DNA from: the human T2T-CHM13v2.0 reference genome, Homo sapiens
DNA length: 64,000 bases
Assembly: GCF_009914755.1 (NCBI RefSeq)
Contig: NC_060939.1
Direction: 5' to 3' (one strand)
The notes below the pieces were generated by a model, which saw nothing but the letters and a program-made list of their open reading frames with translations, did no database searches and was not told the DNA's origin. Both the position numbers and the translations under genes were made by a program. Of this stretch, positions 1-15,527 are shown piece by piece (position 1 is the stretch's first letter; every line of letters starts with the position of its first letter).

Positions 1-1278
<1,278 letters not shown>

Positions 1279-1279
1279 T

Positions 1280-1403
1280 CTTTTACTAGAGACAGGGTCT
1301 TGCTATGTTGCCCAGGATGGTCTTGAACTCCTAGTCTCAAGCAATCCTCCCTTCTCAGCCTCCCAAAGTGCTGGGATTACAGGAGTGCACCACTGCATCA
1401 GGC
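1280..1403 (-). mobile_element. Alu left monomer / FLAM
   Basis: agagacagggtcttgctatgttgcccagg...ctcccaaagtgctgggattacagg. Confidence 0.85.
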
Positions 1404-2696
1404 AAAATTCAAAGTTTCAAAATAGATGAAGTGAAAAATAAGCATTTGCTTTCCTAGAAGCAACCATACATATCTCCCTGCCTCAAGTATGATTCTAGCC
1501 ACTGGGTTGGAGAAGTGAAATATCAGCATTGTTGTTTGTTTTTGTTTATTCTATATCTATTGGTGACAGAAGTATAGACATTCTTACATATGCTTTGCAA
1601 AATTGTCTCTACGTATGTATGTATATATGTGTATGTATATACATATTATATAGACTATATGATATAACATATATAATACTTTCTACCTAAATGCAATAAT
1701 GTTATATATACTGTTCTGCATCTTGCTTTTATTGTTATTGATTTATTAATATATCTTGGTCATCACCTTCATTCCTTTTAACTGCTGTATATAATTGACT
1801 ATTGTAAAGATGTGCCATTATCATTTATGTAATCAGTTTCCTATTGACATTTAGATTTCAGTTTTTGCTACTACAACCAAAGCTGGAAAGGGCCTGGTAG
1901 ACTAATATAGGGGCTTTTTCTCCAATTGAGATGGGAAGCCACTGGAAATTCTGGCATATAGGAGGGACATTATCTGATTTACAGTTTAACAAGGTCACTT
2001 GGGCTGCTATACCCGATTTACACATCTTCACCGGTATCTTCGATGGCACTGGGTGTTATTTAAATTTCTTACTCTTTGTCAGCTTACAGGGAAAAAAAAG
2101 GTATCTTGCTGTGCCTCAATCATCATGCCTTTGTAAAGTCAGATTTGACTTGGGAGTTTTACTTGGTGGGCTGTTTCTCTTACTTTGACGGGTGTTGTGA
2201 ATAGTGCTGGGACTGTGTGGTTTCCTGCTTGGCCACACTGAAGTCCTCTGAAATCACCTCTCTGACCTTTTCTGTAGGCCTCTGGCCGCTCCAGAAGGGC
2301 ACTTGACTGTAAGGATGAAATCCTGTCTCTGAGCTGCACTCAGTGTGAAGTGCCACCACCTGCATCCCCCTGTCTCAGGTATGGTTCTAGCCACTGGCTT
2401 GGAAAGATGTGTCATAGGATGTTTGGGGACTTATTTTGTTGTTTTCCACCAGTGACAACTGTACAGCCATTTTTAATCCTATAAACAATATAATATGCAC
2501 AAATAAAACAATATAAACAAAAGGTCTTAGGCCGTGACATTGTACAGGTTGGACAGATCAAAGTGCTTTTCCACAGATTCTCTCACTGTTACTCTAACAG
2601 CAGTTCCATAAGGAAGCTTGTCTTTCCTGGTTTCATAAATGAGGAGCCTGAGAATGAGAGACCTTAGGCTTGCTCCTCATCAGACTTGTTACTTTA

Positions 2697-2915
2697 TTAG
2701 AGGTTGCAAAGCAGTACCTGTAGGTTAAATTCAGCCCTCAGACTCATTTGTTTGCTTCCTAATATTTTTAAATTGTTTGACATTGGAATACTTATTGGTG
2801 GGTCATTTATTCTCTGTCCAGACATAGCCCCCAGCATGCTCCAGTTACTTAGAAAATGATTGATGTAACTTAATTTTATCTACCCGGGACCTAAAGGCAT
2901 TAAAATTTGCAACCC
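2697..2915. mobile_element. hAT-Charlie DNA transposon relic (MER102-like)
   Basis: Ends gaggttgcaaa ... tttgcaacc resemble Charlie-family inverted termini; subfamily uncertain. Confidence 0.5.
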
Positions 2916-4499
2916 ATCAATGCTTGCTGTCTGCCAGATTAAAAAAAAAAAAAGAAATAAAATTTGCGACGCTTTCAAATCTTGTCTACTTTCTACTGTA
3001 CAACTGTAGAGTCAGCTGCAACTCCTGATGTAGACCCAGAAATAAACCAGCCTTAGCCACAAACCCTCCACATCAGATGAAAAGTCTCGTTCCCTCTTCT
3101 TTCTGTTTTAATAAAAGTTAGGAAAGGCCTAGAGCTTTGGAGGGCAAGGAAAGGCCTCCTTGCCGTCCTGCCAAAGCTCTAAGATCTGCCTTCCTCACCC
3201 CCTTATCTTATCGTGAGGGTCAGAGCCAGATCTACCCCATCTGTTCTTCCATCCTGTTCCAGGGGAGGGTATAAAATGAGGCAATTTTGTAGAGCAAATT
3301 AGATCAGCTTCCTCTTCTCAGTGGTGCTGGCCATTCTCCATCCATTTGCTCTCAAAAGATCATGAGCTTTTTGAGTGGGCATTCTCCTCTCCATCCATGT
3401 GTAGCTCAGGGCCCCCATCTCTGAGCATCTTCCTCACTGGGTTATGCTTTTTATATTTAATATATATAAAATGTATTTAATAAATAACTTTATTTATAAT
3501 ATTAATAAATAAATAAACTCATTTATTTATTAAATACATTCATTGCTTGCCAAGCACTGTTCTGGGCTCTGGGGATTCAGTGGTGAATAAGACAGGCAAG
3601 TTCCCTGTCTTCTTGGAGTTCACCCGCTAGTAAGAGTTGCACACATTAATCAGGTGATTGCACAAATAAATACACGGTAGAGTGTTGTAACAATGAAATG
3701 CATGGAAACCTGCTGACCCCTCTAACACAATCTGATTGTGATACCTAAAAGCAGAAAAACAACAATAGTACCCGGCACTATTAATATGTTTTACAAATTA
3801 ATTAATCCCCACAACAACCCTATCAAACAGGTAATGTCATTATCATCCTCATTTTACAGGATGAGAGGTTTATAACCACTGAGAAGTTAAATAACTTGTC
3901 CAAACTCACATGGCTAGTACAGAGGATGCTTCCATTCTTGGTTGAGCAGCCAAATTTCCTGCTGAATTTCAAAATGTGCCAGAATCCCATGATAATAAGA
4001 CAGAAGAAACTGGGTTTACCCCCAGCGGGTAGGATTTAGGTTAGACACCAGGAAGAACTCCTTGGCAACATTTATGAACATATGAGAGAAAGGAATCACT
4101 TTTCTGAGGATTTCCTTCTCCCCTGAATTTTTTATATTGAATAAACAACATTGTAAAAATAGAGGAGTTATTTCAGAAAAAAGATCACTCATTTTACTTT
4201 GTGAATTATATTCCTTTTTTCATCTTTCTGGGCCAGATTGAGACTGTGTTACATAGTGGCATGAAAAGGGAAAGAACTAGATTTTGTTCTGCCCACAGCA
4301 GCATAAAGGCAAGGACATGTAACTAGCAGACCTCAGGTCCTGATCCCAGGCTTCCAACATCCAGAGTGACCCCAGCATACTCAGAGATGAAGCCAGCTCT
4401 TCCACAGTGGGTGGGCCCTTCTGTGGGCTTCAGCAGAGGGAGCTCGTGACCTTCTTACTGTTCCAGGCCACTCAAGGTGAAGCAGGGTAGAGGTGAGGC

Positions 4500-5300
4500 T
4501 GTGAGGATTAACTGCTATTTCAGATGAAAGTAACCCAAAGCATCATGCACCCAGGTACTCTGGAGGAAACAGGAAAGGGAGAAAGGGGCAGTCAGTAAAT
4601 GTCAGGCCGAGTTAGCTGAATGATTGAAAGGGCTTCCAGATCAATGGTTAGGATCACAAGATCCCCACTACCTTACCCTACTCCCACTTTGATCAGCTCC
4701 AAGTCATGGGCTGGAGGCGCGGGGGGCTCAGGGCACCAACTCCTCAGGTATCTTGGGATGTCCCAGCCTGCTCTGGGGAGATCCATTAGTGCCCTCTACA
4801 CCAAGGATTTCCTTTAGGCCTAATAAAATAGATTTCAGGTATGAATTGCTTTGAAGTTTGCTTGGTGTTTTCTCTATAATCTTTGTTTTTTATTTTGATT
4901 CTCACATTCACCTTACAAATAGGAAGGACAGGTATTATTATCCCCACATTTACTTTTAGATTACATTAGAATCACACAGTAGCAAGTCGAGCCTAATGCT
5001 AACTGAGGTCTTCTGATCTCTTAAGCCCCAGTCACTTTCCCTTCGTTTTCTCAGAGCGCCTTCTGAATCTTTTCAAAACTTTCCACCATCTAAGCATGGA
5101 AACCCTAGACCACCTCTCATTCTCATAGCTTAGAAACAAGTTTGAGAAATCTCCCCAGTTCCTCCATTGACTTTGTGGGCCCACAGTGAGCCCCTCTGTG
5201 TCCCTGGTGGAAGGCCCACTCTCTCAGGCTTGGTCAGGTGTACCGGGACCCAGAACTTGTACAATGCCCTGATAAGCTTCTTAGAGGAGGTGGGTATTAG
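4500..5300 (+). promoter_or_regulatory. SLC24A1: Probable SLC24A1 photoreceptor promoter region (CpG-poor; CRX/OTX-type sites)
   Basis: GGATTA 4505-4510, AGATTA 4958-4963, TAAGCC 5022-5027 (also CTGATTAG 5771-5778 in intron 1), upstream of the exon-1 donor; TSS not determinable from sequence. Confidence 0.4.
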
Positions 5301-5490
5301 CCACGATCGGATATTCTTCCCCTGAGCTGCCCTTCACACCCGACCCTGCCTTGAATTAGGATTCCATAGGAGAGCTGGGGGCAGGAGAATGGGGTGTTCC
5401 CTGCTGTCCAGCTTCAGACCCACTCTTTGAGATATTGGATTCTGACAAGTTTCCAGAGCTGAGAAGACAGCCAGATGTCAAGGTCTGAAG
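5300..5490 (+). other. SLC24A1: SLC24A1 non-coding exon 1 (5' boundary approximate)
   Basis: Donor GAAG|gtaaat at 5490/5491 in unique sequence; exon 2 begins with an acceptor 126 nt before the ATG, so an upstream exon is required. Confidence 0.6.
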
Positions 5491-6065
5491 GTAAATGATG
5501 TAATTAGGTAGGAGGGATCAGCTGGGGTGCCAGTTCAGCTCTGTTACATAACACAGGAACATTAGAAAGAGAGAGACCCTCTGAAATTTCTGCTGGGGAT
5601 ACGAGTGGGCTTGCTGCAAAGTGTTGAGTTCATGGCAAGGATCGGGGGGCTGCAGGGAGATAGTGGAAAGAAAATTATAGAAATCAGGGACAAAGAAGGA
5701 AGTTCACTTATTCCTACTTTTCCTTTTGCTTGTCCCTCTCTTGCTTTTTAAGACAAGTACCTTTGCATCTCTGATTAGTGTGGCATGCAAGAAAGAAAGG
5801 GGAGTTAGGAGGCTCATCTGCTTGGCTACTCACTAGCTGTGTGATGTTAAGCAAGTCACATCTCCTCTCTGGACCTCTGTGTTTTCATATCTCAGATGAG
5901 GAGTTGTACCAGACAGATTCCATGGGTTACTCAGCTCACTTCTAATATATCATATGCAAAACTAATCATTTCCAGTTATTGTTTTGTAGTAGTTTGTGGA
6001 CATTAATTAGAGATTTAATAAATAGTTACTTGGGCTGGGCCTCAATGCCCTTCTTTATAAAATGA

Positions 6066-6482
<417 letters not shown>

Positions 6483-7478
6483 TGACACTGTTATTATTCA
6501 TATTCTAATTTAATTTAAATTAAAAATATTATAACATGCACATGATAAAAAGGTCAAACTAACAGAATATACAGTGAAAATAAGTCACCTTCTGACCTTT
6601 GATCCTCAGTTTCCCTTCCCCAGATGTCCTTCTAGAGATTATCTTTGCATAAACAATATATATGTTATCATGCCCATTTCACAGATGAGGCACCAAGGCT
6701 CAGCCTGTCCAGGATGACACAGCTGGTAAGCAGCAGAACAGGGAGTCTAGGCTTTCAACTCCATTCCCCATGATCCTCCCACCATGCCATATTCTCTGGG
6801 AAGCTCTATAACATTAACTTTTAAGCTTTGCCCACTCTGGATGGTGGAATTGTTTTAAGTCAGTTCAAAAAAATACATGGAGCCTTAATGTCCCTGGCAA
6901 TGCCCTCCACTGCTGCCTCTTTTTGTCTATAGCTTAAAGCCATATCTCCCTACCTCCTTCCTGCCTTTGATAAGGTGAGACCTGTGGCCTGACACCAGCT
7001 ATGGATGACTGAGCTCCCAGGATCTTAGGCTTGGACCTGAAGAGTACTGGCAGATCTTTTGCTGAGAGCCCAGGGAGGACTTGGTGGACTCCATAGTGCA
7101 CTCAGGCTCCAGCTCAGGAACCTGGGGGGCTGGCATGCCTACATAGTACAGAGGACCCCTAGGCACTCTTTCTCTTAAGAGTAGGCATTTTCCTCTGGAG
7201 CAGGGGGCAGGAGTAGTTTACTCTTGCAAAGACCCCATGCATGATACTTTTGTGTTCCTGGGGCTTCTATTATCACTTTTTTCTATATGAGGGTGTTATG
7301 GATCCCAGATCTCCTCTTAGTGGTAAATAATCTCTTTTTTTTACCCACCTAGGGTTGTGGATACCCCCTGGCTGGGCTTCATGGAGAAATCTTCTCTGAT
7401 CACCAACCTGAATCCCAGAGTAGCCTCCATCTTAGGACAGAATGAGAGGCCTTCTGTAACCAGATATAACTGGCCAGC

Positions 7479-9368
7479 ATGGGGAAATTGATCAGGATGG
7501 GGCCGCAAGAGAGGTGGTTACTCCGGACAAAGCGGCTTCATTGGAGTCGCCTCCTCTTCTTACTGGGAATGTTGATCATCGGTTCTACTTATCAGCACCT
7601 TAGGAGACCCCGGGGCCTTTCCTCATTGTGGGCAGCAGTCTCTTCTCATCAGCCTATAAAACTGGCCAGTCGGGACCTCTCCAGTGAAGAGATGATGATG
7701 ATGAGCAGCAGCCCTTCAAAACCTAGCTCCGAAATGGGGGGTAAGATGCTGGTACCCCAAGCCTCAGTGGGCAGTGATGAAGCAACACTGAGCATGACAG
7801 TGGAGAATATCCCCAGTATGCCTAAAAGAACAGCCAAGATGATCCCAACAACAACCAAGAATAATTACAGCCCAACAGCAGCAGGTACAGAAAGAAGGAA
7901 GGAAGACACCCCAACATCCAGTAGAACACTGACTTACTACACCTCAACTTCAAGCAGACAAATAGTAAAAAAGTATACCCCAACACCCAGGGGAGAAATG
8001 AAGAGCTACAGCCCAACTCAAGTGAGGGAAAAGGTGAAGTATACTCCTTCCCCACGTGGTAGAAGAGTAGGCACTTACGTGCCGTCCACATTCATGACAA
8101 TGGAAACAAGCCATGCGATCACCCCCAGGACAACAGTGAAAGACAGTGACATTACAGCAACCTATAAAATACTCGAAACCAACTCTCTTAAGAGAATAAT
8201 GGAGGAAACCACCCCAACCACTCTCAAGGGAATGTTTGATAGCACCCCAACTTTTCTGACACATGAGGTAGAAGCAAACGTCTTGACTTCTCCAAGGAGC
8301 GTCATGGAAAAAAACAACCTGTTTCCCCCCAGAAGAGTGGAAAGTAACAGCTCAGCCCATCCCTGGGGGTTAGTGGGAAAGAGCAACCCGAAGACTCCCC
8401 AGGGAACAGTCCTGTTGCATACCCCAGCCACCTCTGAGGGGCAGGTGACAATAAGCACCATGACAGGCAGCAGCCCAGCAGAAACCAAAGCCTTCACTGC
8501 TGCCTGGAGTCTTAGGAATCCTTCACCCAGGACCAGTGTATCAGCCATCAAAACAGCCCCAGCCATAGTCTGGAGGCTGGCAAAGAAACCTTCCACAGCA
8601 CCCAGCACCTCAACAACCCCTACGGTCAGGGCAAAGCTGACCATGCAGGTCCATCACTGTGTGGTTGTGAAGCCAACCCCAGCCATGCTCACCACTCCCT
8701 CCCCAAGCCTCACAACAGCCCTGCTCCCAGAGGAGCTCAGTCCTAGTCCCTCAGTGCTGCCTCCCAGCTTGCCAGACCTCCACCCCAAGGGAGAGTACCC
8801 CCCAGATCTGTTCAGTGTGGAGGAGCGGCGGCAGGGCTGGGTGGTCCTGCACGTTTTTGGCATGATGTATGTGTTTGTGGCCTTGGCCATTGTTTGCGAC
8901 GAGTACTTCGTTCCAGCCCTGGGTGTCATCACAGACAAGCTGCAGATCTCCGAGGATGTGGCAGGCGCCACATTCATGGCTGCTGGAGGCTCTGCTCCTG
9001 AGCTCTTCACCTCCCTCATCGGTGTCTTCATTTCCCACAGCAACGTGGGCATTGGTACCATTGTGGGCTCTGCTGTGTTCAACATTCTCTTTGTCATTGG
9101 CACTTGTTCCCTCTTCTCCCGAGAGATCCTCAACCTCACCTGGTGGCCCTTATTCCGTGATGTCTCCTTCTACATCCTTGACCTGATAATGCTCATCCTC
9201 TTCTTCCTGGACAGCCTCATTGCCTGGTGGGAGAGCCTGCTGCTGCTGCTGGCCTATGCCTTCTATGTGTTCACCATGAAGTGGAACAAGCATATCGAGG
9301 TCTGGGTGAAGGAGCAGCTCAGCAGGAGGCCAGTGGCCAAGGTCATGGCCTTAGAAGACCTCAGCAAG
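7479..9368 (+). CDS. SLC24A1: SLC24A1/NCKX1 exon 2 coding part (exon starts 7353): signal/anchor, S/T/P-rich extracellular domain, first TM cluster with alpha-1 repeat
   Basis: [16 protein letters not shown]...; alpha-1 motif [20 protein letters not shown]...[10 protein letters not shown]; acceptor cctag|G 7352/7353; donor AAG|gtaagg 9368; 1890 nt, phase 0. Confidence 0.99.
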
Positions 9369-11367
9369 GTAAGGACAAATTGGCTCAGGTTTCTCTAGCC
9401 CCTTTGAGATGAAAGGATGTGGCGAAGCCAGGACCTGAAGAGAAGGTGCTGGATCAGACCTCAAGAGATGAATGCTCTGGTTCCCTTACTATTTATTCAA
9501 CATTTATAGAGTACCTGTTCTCTGCCAGGCACTGTGCTGGGGCCTTTGTAAGCATGACATTGGCTCAACCCCTAATCACCCTATAAACTGGTTATATTAT
9601 GATCCCCATTTGCAGGAGAGAAAACCGAAGCCCAAAGAAGTTAAACCACATGTTCAAGGTCACACAGCAAATAGGCAGTGGAGCCAAGATTTGAACTTGG
9701 GTTGGTGCGACCAGGTGTTTGGAAATGACATTTGAGTTGGGCTTTGGAGAATGTCCAAGAAGATGCCAGGCGAGGAAAAATGATCATCTCTTCCATGTGC
9801 ATGGCGTTCAGGGTTTAGCTAGCACCCTCATTTTCATTTAATCCCATTAGTTCACATTCCAGACTTGGAGGGGCTGATGGCTTGGATGGCGTCTGAGAAG
9901 GGGGAGGGTTTTATATTTTTGTTTTGTTCTGAAAATATTAGAGAAGATGGGAGCTCTACTCACCCACTGACAAGCTAGCCCTGGGGACAGAGCCCTTCTC
10001 TCTGTGCCCGCTGGAGACCAGACACCAGGAGCACTAATCCTGGGCTTTCTCCTGACCCATAAGTTCCTTTCCAAGAACTTCTCTGCCCGCTTGAGGGACC
10101 TTCCTGTTAAATTCATTGGATGATTCAATAACCTGAAAGATTATTAATTGCAGAAGTGATCTCTGAAAATTCATTCCAAAATTTTTTGGGTTTTTTGGGT
10201 TGGGAGTAACTGGGACTACAGGCACATACCACCACACCCGGATCATTCCAAGTTTTTTGTTCCTTGAGACTCTAAAGTGAGGGTACCTTAGGGAACACGG
10301 ACCCCACTTCTCTCCTGCTCCTAAAGGGTGAGTTTGGGTAAGGGTTGGCTCACAGCCTGCCTATTCCAGGTCTCAGAGAAGCCGCTGGTGTGAGCAGAAT
10401 TTTGCATGCAGAGTGGAAGGACTTAGCTACTTAATCCAGAGCAGTTTTGATGAGTGAGCAGAATGGAGACCAAACTCAGCAACGTGTCTGTGAGATATTT
10501 GAGGCAAGGGAGATTAAATGCACTTCCTTTAGACTTTTTAGATAACATGTTGTTCTGGCCAAAGCACGGAATAGAGAGCCAGGAAACCTGAGTTCTAATC
10601 TGATTCTGCCTCTAATGAATTGTGTGACCATAGACAGGTCCTTTGCCCTCTCTAGGAGAAATGACAGAGTCCAACTAATCACTGAAAGGTCCTGTCTAAC
10701 TCTAACATTCTATGATAATGTCTGTGTCCAAGTGAGTTCAGTTCTGTCAGGACCCAATGCAATGGTTATTTGTCTGATCTGGTCAACTGAGCTTCTATTG
10801 TGTCATTTGCAGATGATCCAAAAAAGGAAATATCCTGCCCAGGGTCATATAGCCAGCAGGTATCAGAACTGGAACAGGAACCCAGTCTCCTAACTCCCCA
10901 TTCAGTGCTATTTCCCACCAGACTGTCCTCCATGAAGCCAAAGGCTTCAAAAAGAAAGAGAGGCTTAGAGCATTACAGAATTTAATACAAGGAAACAGGA
11001 ACCTCCCTCCTAATGCAGGTCTTAGGGCAGGCCTTGCTAAGTTCTCAGGGGTGGCCATGAAGTCCTGGTATTCTCCTCTGAAGAAAATGCCTAATGCTTT
11101 GGTGTACAACAGGCCAGCAGTTTCCAAAGTGCCTCTGACTTGCTTCCTAGTCCCTCATAGTAATTCTGCTTTTATTTAGACTCTACAAACTCTGACCATC
11201 AAAGCAAAGCTTGCAGGACAAATGAAGCATAATCATCATTTCAAAAGAGAATACATAACCTACTGAAGGGACTCTTCAAGGGCTTTAGTAGCAACTCCTT
11301 GCCAACTAGTAAGCACAGTGATGATTACATCTCTGTTCTTATTTGTTGAAATAGATCCAGTATGAAT

Positions 11368-11657
11368 TTTTTTAAAGAGACAGGGTCTTGTTCTGTTGCC
11401 CAGGCTGGAGTGCACTGGTGCACTCATAGCTCACTGCAGCCTAGAACTCCTGGGCTCAAGCAATCCCCACCTCAGCCTCCCTAGTAGCTGGGACTGTAGG
11501 CATGTGCTACCATGCCCAGCTAATTTTTAATATTTTGTAGAGATGGGGACCTCACCATGTTGCCCAGGCTGGTCTCAAACTCCTGGTCTTAAGTGATCCT
11601 CCCGCCTCAGCTTCCCAAACTGCTGAAGTTACAGTCATGAACCACCACACCTGGCCC
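11368..11657 (-). mobile_element. AluJ
   Basis: Diverged Alu dimer with J-type bases (cactgcagcct...ctcaagcaatcc). Confidence 0.9.
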
Positions 11658-12340
11658 CTTTAGCATTTTTTAAATGTCATCACCCCTTCAAGGATGCTTA
11701 TTTCCCTTTAACCAGATCATAAGTCTGGTCACATCAGGCTTATCACTGCCACTAAATGGGGAAATAATTTTTGTGCCTCCTAAAGGGCCAAGCCCAGTGT
11801 CTTGTTCTTAGAAGAAGTTCCATAAGTATTTAGTTCAGTTTCCTCAGGTAATCCTAAAAGTTCCAGAACTCTAGTTTAGTGAGACAAAGGAGTCAGGGGT
11901 TGAGAATCCATGCTTACGGAGAGCCTATTCCATACATACATTGTCTTAACATTTCTCATAAAACCATACAAGGAATGGATTACCTTCATCTTGCAGGTGA
12001 GGAAACTGAAGCTCAGAGAGGATAATTACTCAGCCAAAGTTACACAGCTACTTGGTGATCCTTACCATTGATCATGAATCACGATATCTGGGTTTTAAGC
12101 CAGGTTCCATTGCTGACTATTCCTGTTTCCCTGGGCAAGTCAATGCAATACAACAAACCATTATTATTAAGTTAAATGAAAGCCACTGTGGGAAATAAAA
12201 AGATTGTATCCAGTAGAAGGGACAAGCCTAGAGAAAATTAACTGCAATGAAGTGAACCCTGTGCAAAGTGCTACAAAGCCACTTTGCTTTTCAAACAGGA
12301 CTTAGGTTGCTCGTCTGTAAAGTGAATGGATGAGCTATGT

Positions 12341-12485
12341 AGAAGTTGGCAAACTTTTTCGGTAAAGGGCCAGACAGTAAATATTTTAGGATTTGCAAAC
12401 CATATAGTCTCTGTCAAAGCTACTGAACTCTGTCCTTGTAGTGTGAAAGCAGCTACAGATAATAAATAAACTAATTGGAATGGCC
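12341..12485. mobile_element. MER58A (hAT-Charlie MITE)
   Basis: ttggcaaactttttc...aagggccagacagtaaatattttagg matches the MER58 terminus. Confidence 0.8.
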
Positions 12486-13363
12486 ACGTGGTATTTTAGT
12501 AAGAGCAACATACTTGCAGGTATTCTTCTTCCTGAGCAACTTGGAAACATACAATCAGCGGAGAACAATCCATTTTATTACTGGATATTCACCCACCTGA
12601 TAGCTGTTGAGTTTCTGAGCTGGAGCATCTTTCACTTTACCGTTTATTCTGCCCTGAGTATCTAGAATCAGGATAATGGTGTTTTAGGAGTGATTCTAAT
12701 CAGAATTTACTTAAGAATATTTCCAGAAAAAAATAAAGGACTTAGTATTTGACATAGACATATAGTAAGTATTTTAGAGTCTCACTTTTGATACTGGCTG
12801 AAAAAAATTCAAAGCTAAAAATATTTTGGACAACATCGTCAGATTGACATATATTGGTTTGAGGATGCCTTTTATGACCCCAGTAAGGAAATGGTAAATG
12901 TTTGCATAGTTATCAACACAGTCTAACTCTGAACACAGGCTGTCTCTCTGAAACTTAGTTTTCAAGTATACTTGGTTTTGAAGCTCTCAGTGTATTTGTT
13001 CTGGCCAAAAATGATAAATCTCTGACCTGCCTTGACCATGCATAGTCACAGAAAGCCAACAGACAGCAAAGCAGAGGCGCTAGGCTGGCTGAAAAGCATT
13101 ATTGGTATTTGAAGGACAGCAGGGGCCCTTCTTTATACTTGACTAGATTAGCCAGGAAGCACCAGCCATCTACATGAGGTGTATGATTAGCAAGACAGTC
13201 CTGTGGAAAGCCAATGGCAAAAAGGGATGCAAAGCAGAGAAAAGAGCCTAGTTGGGGCTCCTTTGGAAGCTCCGTACCCACACTCTTCCCTCGAGAATAC
13301 TCCTGGGGAAAAGTCTGCTATTCTCTCCTAAATGCACTGGGGGCTATTTTCATCCTGGAAGGA

Positions 13364-13703
<340 letters not shown>

Positions 13704-14040
13704 TAAAAATTAAACCAATCAACAAGACCTCAAGCAGACAAACCTGCTGCCTGTTTAGGGGCTGGTCCTCCCTTTTCTTATCAGGGTTGGCATTTATCCT
13801 AAGGGCTTCTATCAGTGACCTATAGAGCCAGCTACCTGCTTTGGAGGCAAGGGGCTGTGTGCAGGAAGCAGCCGCCGAGAACCCCCCCTGCCTCTGTGGG
13901 TCCTGCCTACACTAGACTCCAGGGAACTCACTGTGCTGCCAAAGGGCCCACTGTAGCCTGGGCTGAGGGGTTCCCTTCTTCGACTCTTTGAATAATAATC
14001 AGTTTCCCTCTAATTGTCAGGAAAAGATGGTAAGAGTTGA

Positions 14041-14408
<368 letters not shown>

Positions 14409-15100
14409 AGCTTTCAATGTTCACCTGCTAGTGGGTGCCAGCAGATGACAAAATGAATGCATGAGAAATAAACAAATATTAACAGAAAAACTCAAACATC
14501 TGATCACATCTAGTTTAACAGTTTGTTGTTTTCATGGATATGTGTAAGCTTGTAGTTGAGATTTTACATGCATTCATACAACCCAGTAATATTTTCTCCT
14601 AGTGCATATGATGGGATTCAATATGAAATTAGATATTCATGGTGTTCTACAAAGAACAGCATAATTTCTAGATGCTCTGCCACCTGAATTAATTGGAAAT
14701 ATGCAACCAACAGAATTTTTTTTAGTGTGGGGGAGTGGACATATGGATGAAAAACAAGTAAAATAAACTAAGATGTTAATTTCAGCATATGACAAGTACT
14801 ATAAAGGAAATAAACAGGGCATGTGATAGAGAGTGATTGTAAATAATAGTGGGCCCCCTTTAGTGAGGGAGAGTGTAGGAGGTCTCTTGGAGGAGAATTT
14901 CAAGTAGAGATCTGCAGAATGAGAAGGGAAACCACCCCATAGCCAGTGACAAGAATTCCTGGAAGAGGGAACAGCATTTGCAAAAGCTCAGAGCTGGAAA
15001 AGAGAGCTTGGCACATTAGAGGAAAGAATAAAGGCCAGTGTGGTTAGTGAGTAATAGGGAGAGGGGTACAGAATACCACTGGAGAAGAGGGTGGGAGCTA

Positions 15101-15527
<427 letters not shown>

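Noticed and set aside
7866-8060. YSPT/YTPSP words resembling RNA polymerase II CTD heptads
   Set aside because: Extracellular domain and 11-13 aa spacing; the resemblance is compositional
7649-9139. Several 70-160 aa antisense or alternate-frame ORFs over SLC24A1 exon 2
   Set aside because: Shadow ORFs from codon bias of the real CDS; no independent promoter, splice or homology evidence
9369-9398. 639-aa ORF ending VRTNWLRFL
   Set aside because: Read-through past the strong exon-2 donor; no nearby intronic PAS seen
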